NCBI GenBank assembly: GCA_022340305.1
Contig: JAJDOF010000054.1
Location: forward strand, 12,816 to 76,815
Origin: Gammaproteobacteria bacterium
GTDB lineage: Bacteria > Pseudomonadota > Gammaproteobacteria > GCA-001735895
Direction: 5' to 3'
Length of the DNA stretch: 64,000 nucleotides
Part shown: positions 1 to 7,986 of the stretch, in pieces
How the letters are laid out: every line of letters begins with the position of its first letter
Position numbering within the stretch: position 1 is the first letter of the stretch
Notes under the pieces: model-generated
What the model saw: the letters and a program-made list of their open reading frames with translations, nothing else
What the model was told of the DNA's origin: nothing
The model's database searches: none
Translations under genes and position numbers: made by a program

Positions 1-558
1 CACCAGCGTTGGTGACTTGATGCCGGGGAGTGCTGCCACGCCGGACCAGCTTTCCATCGCGGTGAGGCCCGCGAGAGCAGCCTGCAGAGTCGCCCTGGAG
101 GCGAGGGCGGCGCAGACGTCATAACCCTGTCCGGATTCGCCCTGCATGAACCAGGTGGCGGCGATGCGGCGGCCGGTGGTCTCCACGCCTTGCTCCTGCA
201 CGGCGCGCCTTGATTCGTCTATGGTTTCGAAGCGGCCGGGCATCAGACCGAGCGGGCCGGTTCCGTAAAGCACCAGCTTTTGGATTCGTTCCGGTGCCAG
301 TGCCACCATTTCCTGCACGATCATGCCGCCCATCGAATGCCCTGCCAGGTGGAAGCGATGCACGCCGAGAGCGTCGAGTTGTCGAAACACATTGATCGCG
401 AAACCCTTGATGGTCTCCGGCGCCGTAGATCGGCTATTGTCACCAAAGCCGGGCAGATCGGGAGTAATGACCTGGAATTGATCACCAAAAGCGACTTTCT
501 GGGCAGCCCATTGTGACCCACCACCGAAATAGCCGTGTACCAATACAAGGGTTTTCAT
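1..558 (-). CDS. alpha/beta-fold hydrolase (N-terminal ~186 aa; C-terminus runs off the window)
   Basis: Absent from the ORF track because it has no stop in the window. The reverse complement of 556-558 is ATG. Translation reads MKTLVLVHGYFGGGSQWAAQ...RFHLAGHSMGGMIVQEM, with an HG oxyanion motif and a GHSMGG nucleophile elbow. Confidence 0.85.
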   Translation of the reverse strand, partial: MKTLVLVHGYFGGGSQWAAQKVAFGDQFQVITPDLPGFGDNSRSTAPETIKGFAINVFRQLDALGVHRFHLAGHSMGGMIVQEMVALAPERIQKLVLYGTGPLGLMPGRFETIDESRRAVQEQGVETTGRRIAATWFMQGESGQGYDVCAALASRATLQAALAGLTAMESWSGVAALPGIKSPTLV

Positions 559-812
559 TGCTGCATTCTATCCCCGCCCTGGGTAATTCATAAAGCTATA
601 GCATGCGGTGGGGGCATTTGCTGCGCTTTGAGCTGTTTGCTCGGCATGCAATGCACTCATGATGTTTGCGCACACTCGCCTGAGATGGGCGTCGACCTGT
701 CTGCCGGAAACGAAAACTGTTCACGATCGTTACAATAACCCTGCTGCCCGCCTGTTGAATTGCGCCGGTAAGTGACTACACTGGCTCCCTCTACTCTGGA
801 TATATCACTTCT

Positions 813-1898
813 ATGCCCACAAGCTATCAGCTCGTCGAAACTCAATTGCAGCAACCGCTCGAAAACGGTGACGTGGTCTGTAACCTGTGCCTGTGGCGCT
901 GCCGCCTGCGTCACGGACAGCGTGGTTTTTGCCAGGCGCACGTGAATCGTAACGGCACGCTCTACAACCTTTCCTATGGCATAGTCTCGGCGATCGAGGT
1001 CGAATCCATCCGCAACAAGCCGGTGTACCACTATCGCCCGGACAGCCAGGTCATGTCGATAGGCAGCTACGGCTGTAACTTCCGTTGCAAGGGTTGCCAT
1101 AACCTTGAGATTTCCTGGGGTGTGGAAGCACTCGACAAGCTCGCCCGCGGGCAGTCGAGGGAAGCCTTTATCACGCCGGCGCAAATGGTCGAGACTGCCC
1201 TGAAGCACGGCGTAGACGGTATCGCTTTCACTTATTCGGAACCGGCGGTGTGGCTCGAATACGTGCTCGATGTGTCTAAGCTCGCGCACGCGGCCGGGTT
1301 GTTCACGGTTTACGTGTCCAACAGCTTTGTCACCGATGAGGCGCTGGAACTGATGGCGCCGCACATCGATGTGCTGTGTTCCGACATCAAGAGCCTGTCG
1401 GCTGAGTTCTACAAGGAGATCTGTCCGGTGAGCACGATCGACCAGGTGCTCGGCTCGATCCGGCGCGCGGCCGAGCTTGGCATTCATGTCGAAACCCGCA
1501 CCAATGTGATCCCGACGAGGAACGACAACCTCGAAGAACTGGCCGGCATCGCCGCGTGGATACGTGACAACCTGGGCGCCGAGAGCCCCTGGCACGTGAC
1601 CAAGTTCTACCCGGCGTACCAGTTGTCGCACCTGCCCGCGACGGAAAACGCGATCATCGACCAGGCCGCGGCGGCCGGGCGCGCCGCCGGGTTAATCAAT
1701 GTGTATGGGCATACCGATATTTCCTGCGACTGTGCCACCGAAAACGCGCCGGTATCGGCCTGGATGGAGCTCGATGCGGATGCGCTCAATACGGTCAAGG
1801 CCTGTGCCGCGCCCTGTTGCGGCGATGAAGGCATTCTCGTCAAAAAGTTCGAGCGCGAAGCCGGCCTGGTTCCTGCCACCGGGACCACCACCCGGTAA
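813..1898 (+). CDS. radical SAM enzyme, AmmeMemoRadiSam / PFL-activase-like subfamily
   Basis: CNFRCKGC (CX3CX2C) 4Fe-4S/SAM motif. The N-terminal Cys motif VVCNLCLWRCRLRHGQRGFCQ is typical of this subfamily. Long ORF with high GC3. Confidence 0.85.
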   Translation: MPTSYQLVETQLQQPLENGDVVCNLCLWRCRLRHGQRGFCQAHVNRNGTLYNLSYGIVSAIEVESIRNKPVYHYRPDSQVMSIGSYGCNFRCKGCHNLEISWGVEALDKLARGQSREAFITPAQMVETALKHGVDGIAFTYSEPAVWLEYVLDVSKLAHAAGLFTVYVSNSFVTDEALELMAPHIDVLCSDIKSLSAEFYKEICPVSTIDQVLGSIRRAAELGIHVETRTNVIPTRNDNLEELAGIAAWIRDNLGAESPWHVTKFYPAYQLSHLPATENAIIDQAAAAGRAAGLINVYGHTDISCDCATENAPVSAWMELDADALNTVKACAAPCCGDEGILVKKFEREAGLVPATGTTTR

Positions 1899-1966
1899 TC
1901 AACGTGTCGTCCGCGCTGCGCACAAAGTGCCACAGTTTCATGTCATCGCCGCTTTCCTTCATTACT

Positions 1967-1990
1967 GTCATCCCCGCGCAAGCGGGGATC
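1967..1990 (+). repeat. REP-like palindromic element, copy 1 (GTCATCCCCGCGCAAGCGGGGATC)
   Basis: 8-bp arms ATCCCCGC/GCGGGGAT around a 4-nt loop. It is intergenic, and the same family recurs at 10653, 10701, 24540, 28486 and 28532. Confidence 0.75.
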
Positions 1991-2460
1991 TTACAACGAT
2001 GGCTCGCAGTAAGATTTCGGTAAACTGGCAACCCATAAAACTGCGCTATCGCAAAGCGCATACCCACCAGCGATGGGGAAATCGCTTTTCTCGAGGCAGA
2101 GCCCGTGGAGGTCAATTCGCAGCAGAACCCCACGCTCACTTCATTCGCCAGCGCGCAGCAAACTGCCGAAAATCGGGTTTAACTTCAAGGTTTTTCTAAG
2201 GCCAGCCGAAATAGATTCGAATTGCTGCAGTGAAAAGTTTATTTATTCACTGGCAGGGCACTCCGTCGAAGCATTATAGTATCACCTGTCGGCGACCAGT
2301 TATCGCTGGCCTGATTTTGGAGGTCAATCCCAAAGACCAAGACGCAACCAGGACAAGAAGCAGTCCGCTCAGGCTTGTTGTCAGCCGTAAGAATAACGCT
2401 GAGGCATCGCGCGATTAATCCCCGCAACCGCGAGCTTCAAAATAAACATGAGGAAGAGCC

Positions 2461-2880
2461 ATGACCCCCCTGTTGGTGATAATCATTCTGGCGATTTTGG
2501 CGGTTGTTATTGTGTTTCGCCTGTCTACTCGACCCGGAAAACGCATAAAGCCAAAACGCGCGCAGTCAACGACATCATCTTCCCGCCAGGGGGACAGGTC
2601 GTCCACGCAGTGGCGTGCGGTGAAAATAGCGCCGGGATTGTTTTCCTGCGACGCGGCCGGCAAACTGGCCGGCAAAGTCTTCCTGTCGAGGGAATCTCCC
2701 CAATTACCACTGGACGGCTGCCTCGAAAAGGATTGCCGTTGCAAGTACGTGCATCTCGAGGACCGGCGCGACGGTGGCGATCGCCGCTATGAGCTTGGCG
2801 ACTTTGGAACATTTTTCCCGGTCAGCCAGGTCGAAAGGCGACGAACCACTGGACGTCGCTCCGAGGATCTCGCGGCTTAG
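2461..2880 (+). CDS. hypothetical single-pass membrane protein with Cys/Arg-rich cytoplasmic tail
   Basis: AGGAAG Shine-Dalgarno 5 nt upstream of the ATG. N-terminal helix LLVIIILAILAVVIVF. C-terminal motif CLEKDCRCKYVHLEDRRDGGDRR. No family recognised. Confidence 0.6.
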   Translation: MTPLLVIIILAILAVVIVFRLSTRPGKRIKPKRAQSTTSSSRQGDRSSTQWRAVKIAPGLFSCDAAGKLAGKVFLSRESPQLPLDGCLEKDCRCKYVHLEDRRDGGDRRYELGDFGTFFPVSQVERRRTTGRRSEDLAA

Positions 2881-3482
2881 AAGCGGGTGTTCAGAGAGCG
2901 TGAGGCTGCGTCACGGCTGCCTTGCCTCTACCTCGTATGGGTGTATCACGGTTGGCCTAATCCTCATAAATAGTCGGCGTATTTCCTGGTAATCAGCTGT
3001 TATCTCGGTCGACTCGGAGATCAACAGCTCGGGATATTGCGAGACCCCGGCTGCTGGCGCAATATGAATTCCAGCTCCATCACCCCGGTTGATGCGTGGT
3101 CATGGAGCTTGCTCGACGCCGATTGATTCAGCCCATTCCATGCCCGCGCCAGTTCGTGGATTTTTCCCGGCATGGGTTTAATGTTGCCTGCTACGATGCC
3201 AGGGTCGAACACCATTTCCCCGGCTATCTTACGGTTACTCGATAACGCTGTTTCATGTTCCCGGGGAGGGATAACTGGTCAATGGGAATTCCGCAAAGAG
3301 ACCGGTGATCGAGGTCTTATCGGGTATATTGACCCGCGACTCGGATATAATGTCTGGCATCGCCATGGATGGATCGCGGTAGCTTTCTGGCAATGTATGC
3401 TGAAGCGCTGACGACAGCGGGAGGTCGATGCCTTGCTGCGGAAACCTACCCGGCAGATCTTTGAATGAAACGGAGGAACGAT

Positions 3483-4427
3483 ATGCCGATTATTGAGCGC
3501 GATCCGTGGCGGATGCAGTATTTCGAGAACATTGCCTGCCCTGACGACGTCAGCATCCCCACGGACGACGAGCATGCCTACGAACTCTTCCCTGAACACC
3601 GCTGGATCTACAACAAGCTGCTGGTGTGCGATACCCAGGGCCTCGACGGCGCGCCGCACGGTATCCCGCCACCATCCTTCCCCGTTTTCAGCAAGCCGAT
3701 TTACAACATGCATGGCATGGGGGTTGGCAGTCGCGTGTTCGCGACGGAAGCGGAGATGGCTGCCAACATGCAGGCCGGGCACATGTGGATGGCGCTGGCC
3801 GAAGGCGAACATGTGAGTAGCGATGTCGTTGTCATCGGTGGCGAGCCGCAATGGTGGCGTCATTGCATCGGCAAGGCGTTGTCCGACGGCGTATTTGACT
3901 ACTGGACCATGCTGGCCGAGGAGCGTCCCGCCATCGAGGATTATTGTGGTGACTGGTTGCACCGGAATCTCAAGGGTTATAGCGGCGCGGTCAATGTCGA
4001 AACCATCGGTGGCAAGATTATCGAAGTGCACCTGCGCTTCGCCGATCAGTGGCCGGATCTCTACGGCGAGGGTTGGCTCGACGCCATCGTCGAGCTTTAT
4101 AGGCGGCGGCGCTGGCGCTTCGCTGACGCGGACCGCCGCGACGGCTACAGCGTCGTGCTGTTCGGCGCCCACGGCGTGCCCTACCGTCATCCGCCGGCTG
4201 AATTGGTCGACGAGATACGCCAATGGTCCGGGGTCACCAGTGTGCAGATCACTTTCCACGAAGACCTGCCGGCCGAGCAACACGCGATGCCACCAGGTGG
4301 ATTTCGTCTCGCCATCATCAACTGCTGGGATCTCGAGATCGGTCTGCAGGCGCGTGAAAAACTCGCGCTTGCCTTCTGGTCGACGCAGGCGCTCGGCGCA
4401 CGCGAGGCTGGATCCGATGGCAGCTGA
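3483..4427 (+). CDS. ATP-grasp-like protein, function unknown
   Basis: GGAGG lies 5 nt upstream of the ATG at 3483, so this is preferred to the track start at 3465. PVFSKPIYNMHGMGVGSRV and NVETIGGKIIEVHLRF resemble ATP-grasp core and C-terminal motifs. The stop overlaps the next gene by 11 nt. Confidence 0.7.
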   Translation: MPIIERDPWRMQYFENIACPDDVSIPTDDEHAYELFPEHRWIYNKLLVCDTQGLDGAPHGIPPPSFPVFSKPIYNMHGMGVGSRVFATEAEMAANMQAGHMWMALAEGEHVSSDVVVIGGEPQWWRHCIGKALSDGVFDYWTMLAEERPAIEDYCGDWLHRNLKGYSGAVNVETIGGKIIEVHLRFADQWPDLYGEGWLDAIVELYRRRRWRFADADRRDGYSVVLFGAHGVPYRHPPAELVDEIRQWSGVTSVQITFHEDLPAEQHAMPPGGFRLAIINCWDLEIGLQAREKLALAFWSTQALGAREAGSDGS

Positions 4428-6462
4428 ATCGCGTCGTCGGCTGCCCAGCCCGGTACGCGAGATCGAAAACGAGTTCATTCTGCTCGCTGACGGCACTCGT
4501 CTCGCGGCGCGCCTGTGGCTGCCGCAAGACGCGGAAACGAACCCGGTACCCGCGATTCTCGAATACATCCCCTACCGCAAGCGCGACTTCATGCGCCTGC
4601 GCGACGAACCCATGCATCACTATTACGCGGCGCACGGTTACGCCGCGGTGCGCGTCGATTTACGTGGTTCCGGCGACTCGGATGGCATTCTCGATGACGA
4701 GTACCTGCCCCTCGAGCAGCAGGACGCGGTCGAAGTGATCGCCTGGCTCGCGGCGCAGCCCTGGTGCGATGGCAATGTCGGTATGACCGGGATTTCCTGG
4801 GGCGGATTCAACGCGCTGCAGGTTGCCGCATTGCGGCCACCTGCGTTAAAGGCCGTCATCACCTTGTGCGCCAGCGATGACCGCTACGCCGACGATGCGC
4901 ACTACATGGGCGGATGTCTGCTCAACGAAAACCAGATCTGGGGCACCGTACTGTTTGGTATCAACGCACTGCCACCCGACCCGGCCCTCGTTGGCGAGCG
5001 CTGGCGTGACCTGTGGATGGCACGCCTGCAAAGCGATCGGCCGTTTCCTGCCCTGTGGCTCGGCCACCAACGTCGCGACGCCTACTGGAAACAGGGCTCG
5101 GTCTGTGAGGACTTCGCCCGTATCCAGTGTCCGGTTTACGCGATCGGCGGCTGGGCCGACGGCTACTCGAACGCGGTGCCGCGCCTGCTCGCAGGGCTCG
5201 AATCTCCACGCAAGGGCCTGATTGGTCCGTGGTCGCACAGCTTTCCCCACAATGGCGTACCGGGACCCACAATCGGTTACCTGCAGGAAGCCTTGCGCTG
5301 GTGGGACCACTGGCTCAAGGGTATCGACACTGGCGTCATGGCCGAGCCGATGTTGCGTGCCTGGATGCAGGACTATGCCGCGCCAGCGCCGTTCCACGCG
5401 CAACGTCCCGGCCGCTGGGTCGCAGAGCAGGCCTGGCCAAGCGAGCGGATCGAGCCGTTGTGCCTGCACCTGGGCGCGAGCGCCACGTTACTGGATGCCC
5501 CCGCCAAGGCGGCCACGCATAGCTTGTGCTCGCCGCAGACAACCGGGCTGGCCGGTGCGGTCTGGTGTGGGTTCGGTGGCGAGGGCGAGGCCCCGCTTGA
5601 TCAACGCAGCGACGACGGGCGTTCGCTGACCTTCGATTCGGCGCCACTGGCGAATGACCTGGAGATACTCGGCGCACCCGAGGCGATCCTGACATTGCGC
5701 AGCGACCGGCCGCTTGCGATGCTCGCCGTGCGCCTCAACGATGTCGCTCCCGACGGCGCCACCTCGCGCGTCTCGTTCGGCATCCTCAACCTTACGCACC
5801 GCAACAGCCACGAACATCCCGAGCCGCTGGTGCCCGGCGAAACCTTCGAGGCCCGCGTTGTGCTCAACACCATCGCGCATCGTTTCGAGGCCGGCCACGT
5901 GGTGCGTCTCGCCTTTTCCACCAGCTACTGGCCGATGGTGTGGCCGGCGCCACAGGTAGTCACGCTCGAAGTCGACACCGTAGGCAGTAGCCTGAGTCTG
6001 CCGGTGCGTCCACCCCGCACCGACGACGATGCGCTGCCCGCATTTGCAGCGGCCGAAGCGGGGCTCGCGAGCTCGACGCACACCCCGCTGGACCCGCCCA
6101 GTTTCAAGCGTGTGATCGAGCGTGATCTGGTCAGCAACGAAGTGATTTACCGGCTCGTCGACGAAGGCGGTGATCTCGGCACGGCCGCAGTGGTGCGCAT
6201 CGATGAAATCGATCTCGAACTTGGCCATACGGTCGAGCGGCAGTTCCGTATCGATGAACAGGATCCGTTGAGCGCCTGCACCGAGTTCAGCGAGCGCATG
6301 TTGATGCGTCGCGGTGACTGGGAAATTCGGGTAGAGGCGCGTACCCGGCTTATTGCGACGCAGGACTATTTCGTGCTGCAGGCCTGGCTCACGGCGCAGG
6401 AGGGGGAAGCAGAAGTATTCGTGCGCGAATGGGAAGAGCGCATCGAACGCGACCTGGTCTAG
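4417..6462 (+). CDS. CocE/NonD-family (peptidase S15) serine hydrolase
   Basis: The start is taken at MAAESRRR... inside track ORF 3823..6462, because the upstream part of that ORF overlaps the previous gene. ILEYIPYRKRD, VDLRGSGDSDG and the GISWGG nucleophile motif are present, with a long C-terminal beta-domain typical of the family. Confidence 0.85.
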   Translation: MAAESRRRLPSPVREIENEFILLADGTRLAARLWLPQDAETNPVPAILEYIPYRKRDFMRLRDEPMHHYYAAHGYAAVRVDLRGSGDSDGILDDEYLPLEQQDAVEVIAWLAAQPWCDGNVGMTGISWGGFNALQVAALRPPALKAVITLCASDDRYADDAHYMGGCLLNENQIWGTVLFGINALPPDPALVGERWRDLWMARLQSDRPFPALWLGHQRRDAYWKQGSVCEDFARIQCPVYAIGGWADGYSNAVPRLLAGLESPRKGLIGPWSHSFPHNGVPGPTIGYLQEALRWWDHWLKGIDTGVMAEPMLRAWMQDYAAPAPFHAQRPGRWVAEQAWPSERIEPLCLHLGASATLLDAPAKAATHSLCSPQTTGLAGAVWCGFGGEGEAPLDQRSDDGRSLTFDSAPLANDLEILGAPEAILTLRSDRPLAMLAVRLNDVAPDGATSRVSFGILNLTHRNSHEHPEPLVPGETFEARVVLNTIAHRFEAGHVVRLAFSTSYWPMVWPAPQVVTLEVDTVGSSLSLPVRPPRTDDDALPAFAAAEAGLASSTHTPLDPPSFKRVIERDLVSNEVIYRLVDEGGDLGTAAVVRIDEIDLELGHTVERQFRIDEQDPLSACTEFSERMLMRRGDWEIRVEARTRLIATQDYFVLQAWLTAQEGEAEVFVREWEERIERDLV

Positions 6463-6467
6463 GCTCC

Positions 6468-6530
6468 GGGGTCAGGCCTTACAATCGACATTGCTGTTTC
6501 TAATCCTTGTGAAATGTAAGGCCTGACCCC
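6468..6530. terminator. 16-bp-arm inverted repeat between convergent genes (bidirectional terminator or repeat)
   Basis: GGGGTCAGGCCTTACA ... TGTAAGGCCTGACCCC are perfect 16-bp arms with a 31-nt loop. It lies between the stops at 6462 (+) and 6566 (-). There is no clear U-tract. Confidence 0.45.
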
Positions 6531-6565
6531 CCCATCGCGAACGCGTCCAGGTCTAGACCCCGGCT

Positions 6566-7579
6566 TTAGACGCACAGGCGGTAGCGCTTGCGTGCGGCTT
6601 CGATAATCATGCGCAGCAAACCGCTATGCGTTTCGCCCATGTGGCCCGCCATGTGCGCGAGCTTGCCGTCCCAGCACCAGGCCGGGTTCGGATTGACTTC
6701 CATCAGCTTGATTTCACCGCTGGCGTCGGTACGAAAATCGAAACGCCCGTAGTCGCGCAGTCCGAGGCGTGCAAATAGCGCCTGGCAATAATCCTTGAGA
6801 CGTTGCTGGGTGTTCGCGTCGAGGCCCGCCTGGCGGAAGCAGATGTCGTTCCAGTAAGGCGACTCCGGATCGGTTTTCGACGAGTAGTCGAGCAACCGTG
6901 GCAAGGCGGGATCGAGCGCGCTGTAGTCCACCTCGAGTACCGGCAGCAGGATAAAGCCGTCGCCGGGATTACCGATGATGCCGACGCCGTACTCGTCGCC
7001 GGCGAGGAATTCCTGGATGATGAGGTTCTCCGTCGGCAGCGTCGCGCGCAGCTGCTCGAGGTAAGCGGTTGCCTCGGCCGCGTTGTTGACCACGCTCGCG
7101 GCGGTGATGCCAACGCTACCGTCGCCGCGATTGGGCTTGATGAAAGCCGGGTAGTGGATTTGCGGGAGTGGCTCACCCGGGCGCAGCAGGTCTTCGCGCG
7201 GCACCGGAATGCCGACGGACTGCGCCAGCGCGCGCACCAGCGCCTTGTCGTAACACAGGCCAAGCGCTACCGGGCCACTGCCGCTGTAAGGAATGCCCAG
7301 CATTTCGAGGTAAGACGCGACATGCAGTTCCAGTGTGGCATCGTTACGAAACCCGGTATCGCAAAAATTGAGTACGAACGCCGGTGGCTGGTAGCGCAAA
7401 TCGTCGAGCAGTTGCTGATGGTCGTTGCAATATTCGAACCGGTAATCGCCAAGCTCCTCGAGTGCGGACTGGAGGCGCAGGACCTGGTCGAAGTCGTTGG
7501 GTGTAAAGCGGCCGCCCGGCTTGTTACGGTCCGGTAGTCGCGGATCGCCGAGCAATACTGTTATCACGGGTCGAGTCAT
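6566..7579 (-). CDS. D-alanine--D-alanine ligase-family ATP-grasp protein (paralogue; substrate unknown)
   Basis: 337 aa. ITVLLGDPRLPD, GIPYSGSGPVALGLCYDKALV, PAFIKPNRGDGSVGI and MEVNPNPAW match Ddl-type ATP-grasp architecture. Confidence 0.8.
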   Translation of the reverse strand: MTRPVITVLLGDPRLPDRNKPGGRFTPNDFDQVLRLQSALEELGDYRFEYCNDHQQLLDDLRYQPPAFVLNFCDTGFRNDATLELHVASYLEMLGIPYSGSGPVALGLCYDKALVRALAQSVGIPVPREDLLRPGEPLPQIHYPAFIKPNRGDGSVGITAASVVNNAAEATAYLEQLRATLPTENLIIQEFLAGDEYGVGIIGNPGDGFILLPVLEVDYSALDPALPRLLDYSSKTDPESPYWNDICFRQAGLDANTQQRLKDYCQALFARLGLRDYGRFDFRTDASGEIKLMEVNPNPAWCWDGKLAHMAGHMGETHSGLLRMIIEAARKRYRLCV

Positions 7580-7586
7580 GGGATTC

Positions 7587-7602
7587 GGGGGACAGTATAC
7601 CT
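7587..7602 (-). promoter_or_regulatory. AGGTATACTGTCCCC motif copy A (sense on minus strand), 14 nt upstream of the 7579 start
   Basis: Exact 12-mer GACAGTATACCT on the plus strand. It contains a TATACT -10-like hexamer followed by a C-rich stretch. Confidence 0.35.
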
Positions 7603-7612
7603 AATTCAATTT

Positions 7613-7625
7613 GGGGACAGTATAG
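7613..7625 (-). promoter_or_regulatory. CTATACTGTCCCC motif copy B (degenerate), 22 bp upstream of copy A
   Basis: GGGGACAGTATAG on the plus strand. TATACT lies 39 nt from the ATG of the Ddl-like gene. Confidence 0.35.
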
Positions 7626-7944
7626 CGGATTCGATCAGGTTGCTTCGATCTGGGCAGCTGACATCTTACAGGGAGCTAAGCCACGGCCAGGATGGCGCGT
7701 ATTATTGTTCCAGATGATCCCCGTCACATATCTCGGCGTGGCAATCGGCGGTTGAGGGTTTTCTTCTGCGAGTGCCCTTATCCATTTTCGATAGATCTCG
7801 TGAACAGGTTTTGCTGGGGGCCGGGGCTGTACTCGTGAACGGGATGGCTATTGGGTTATCTGGAATTTATACGAAACCCGGAGATTCTTACCGGCAGGGA
7901 GCTGACACCAGAAAAGCCGGCCCCTGAGTCAGCAACCAACTAAC

Positions 7945-7957
7945 AGGTATACTGTCC
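7945..7957 (+). promoter_or_regulatory. AGGTATACTGTCC motif copy C upstream of the OmpA-like gene
   Basis: Exact 12-mer. TATACT ends 33 nt before the ATG at 7987. Confidence 0.35.
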
Positions 7958-7986
7958 GCTGAAGGTAACTATCGAGCGAGGTCGAT

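Noticed and set aside
1840-2139. ORFs spanning 1840-2430 (for example the 99-aa minus-strand ORF containing IPACAGMTVMKE)
   Set aside because: The conserved-looking peptide is simply the translation of the REP-type palindrome at 1967-1990. No coding signal surrounds it.
3021-3365. Minus-strand ORF fragments (64-aa MVFDPGIVAGNIKPMPGKIHELARAWNG... and an upstream 35-aa piece) in the 580-bp gap before the ATP-grasp-like gene
   Set aside because: They look vaguely protein-like and may be a gene remnant. I could not recognise a family or a continuous frame, so they are left unannotated.
3823-4416. N-terminal 198 codons of track ORF 3823..6462
   Set aside because: This part overlaps the ATP-grasp-like gene in another frame and translates to Ser/Arg/Pro-rich junk. 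Homology to CocE/NonD begins right after the ATG at 4417.
3279-4568. Very long antisense ORFs (3279..4568-, 657..1631-, 5488..6228-, 4846..5469-, 62570..63817-, 48898..49749-, 47276..48052-, 15380..15982-)
   Set aside because: Each lies opposite a gene with strong family motifs. They translate to Arg/Ala/Gly/Pro-rich low-information sequence, which is typical of GC-rich shadow frames, and no motifs were recognised.
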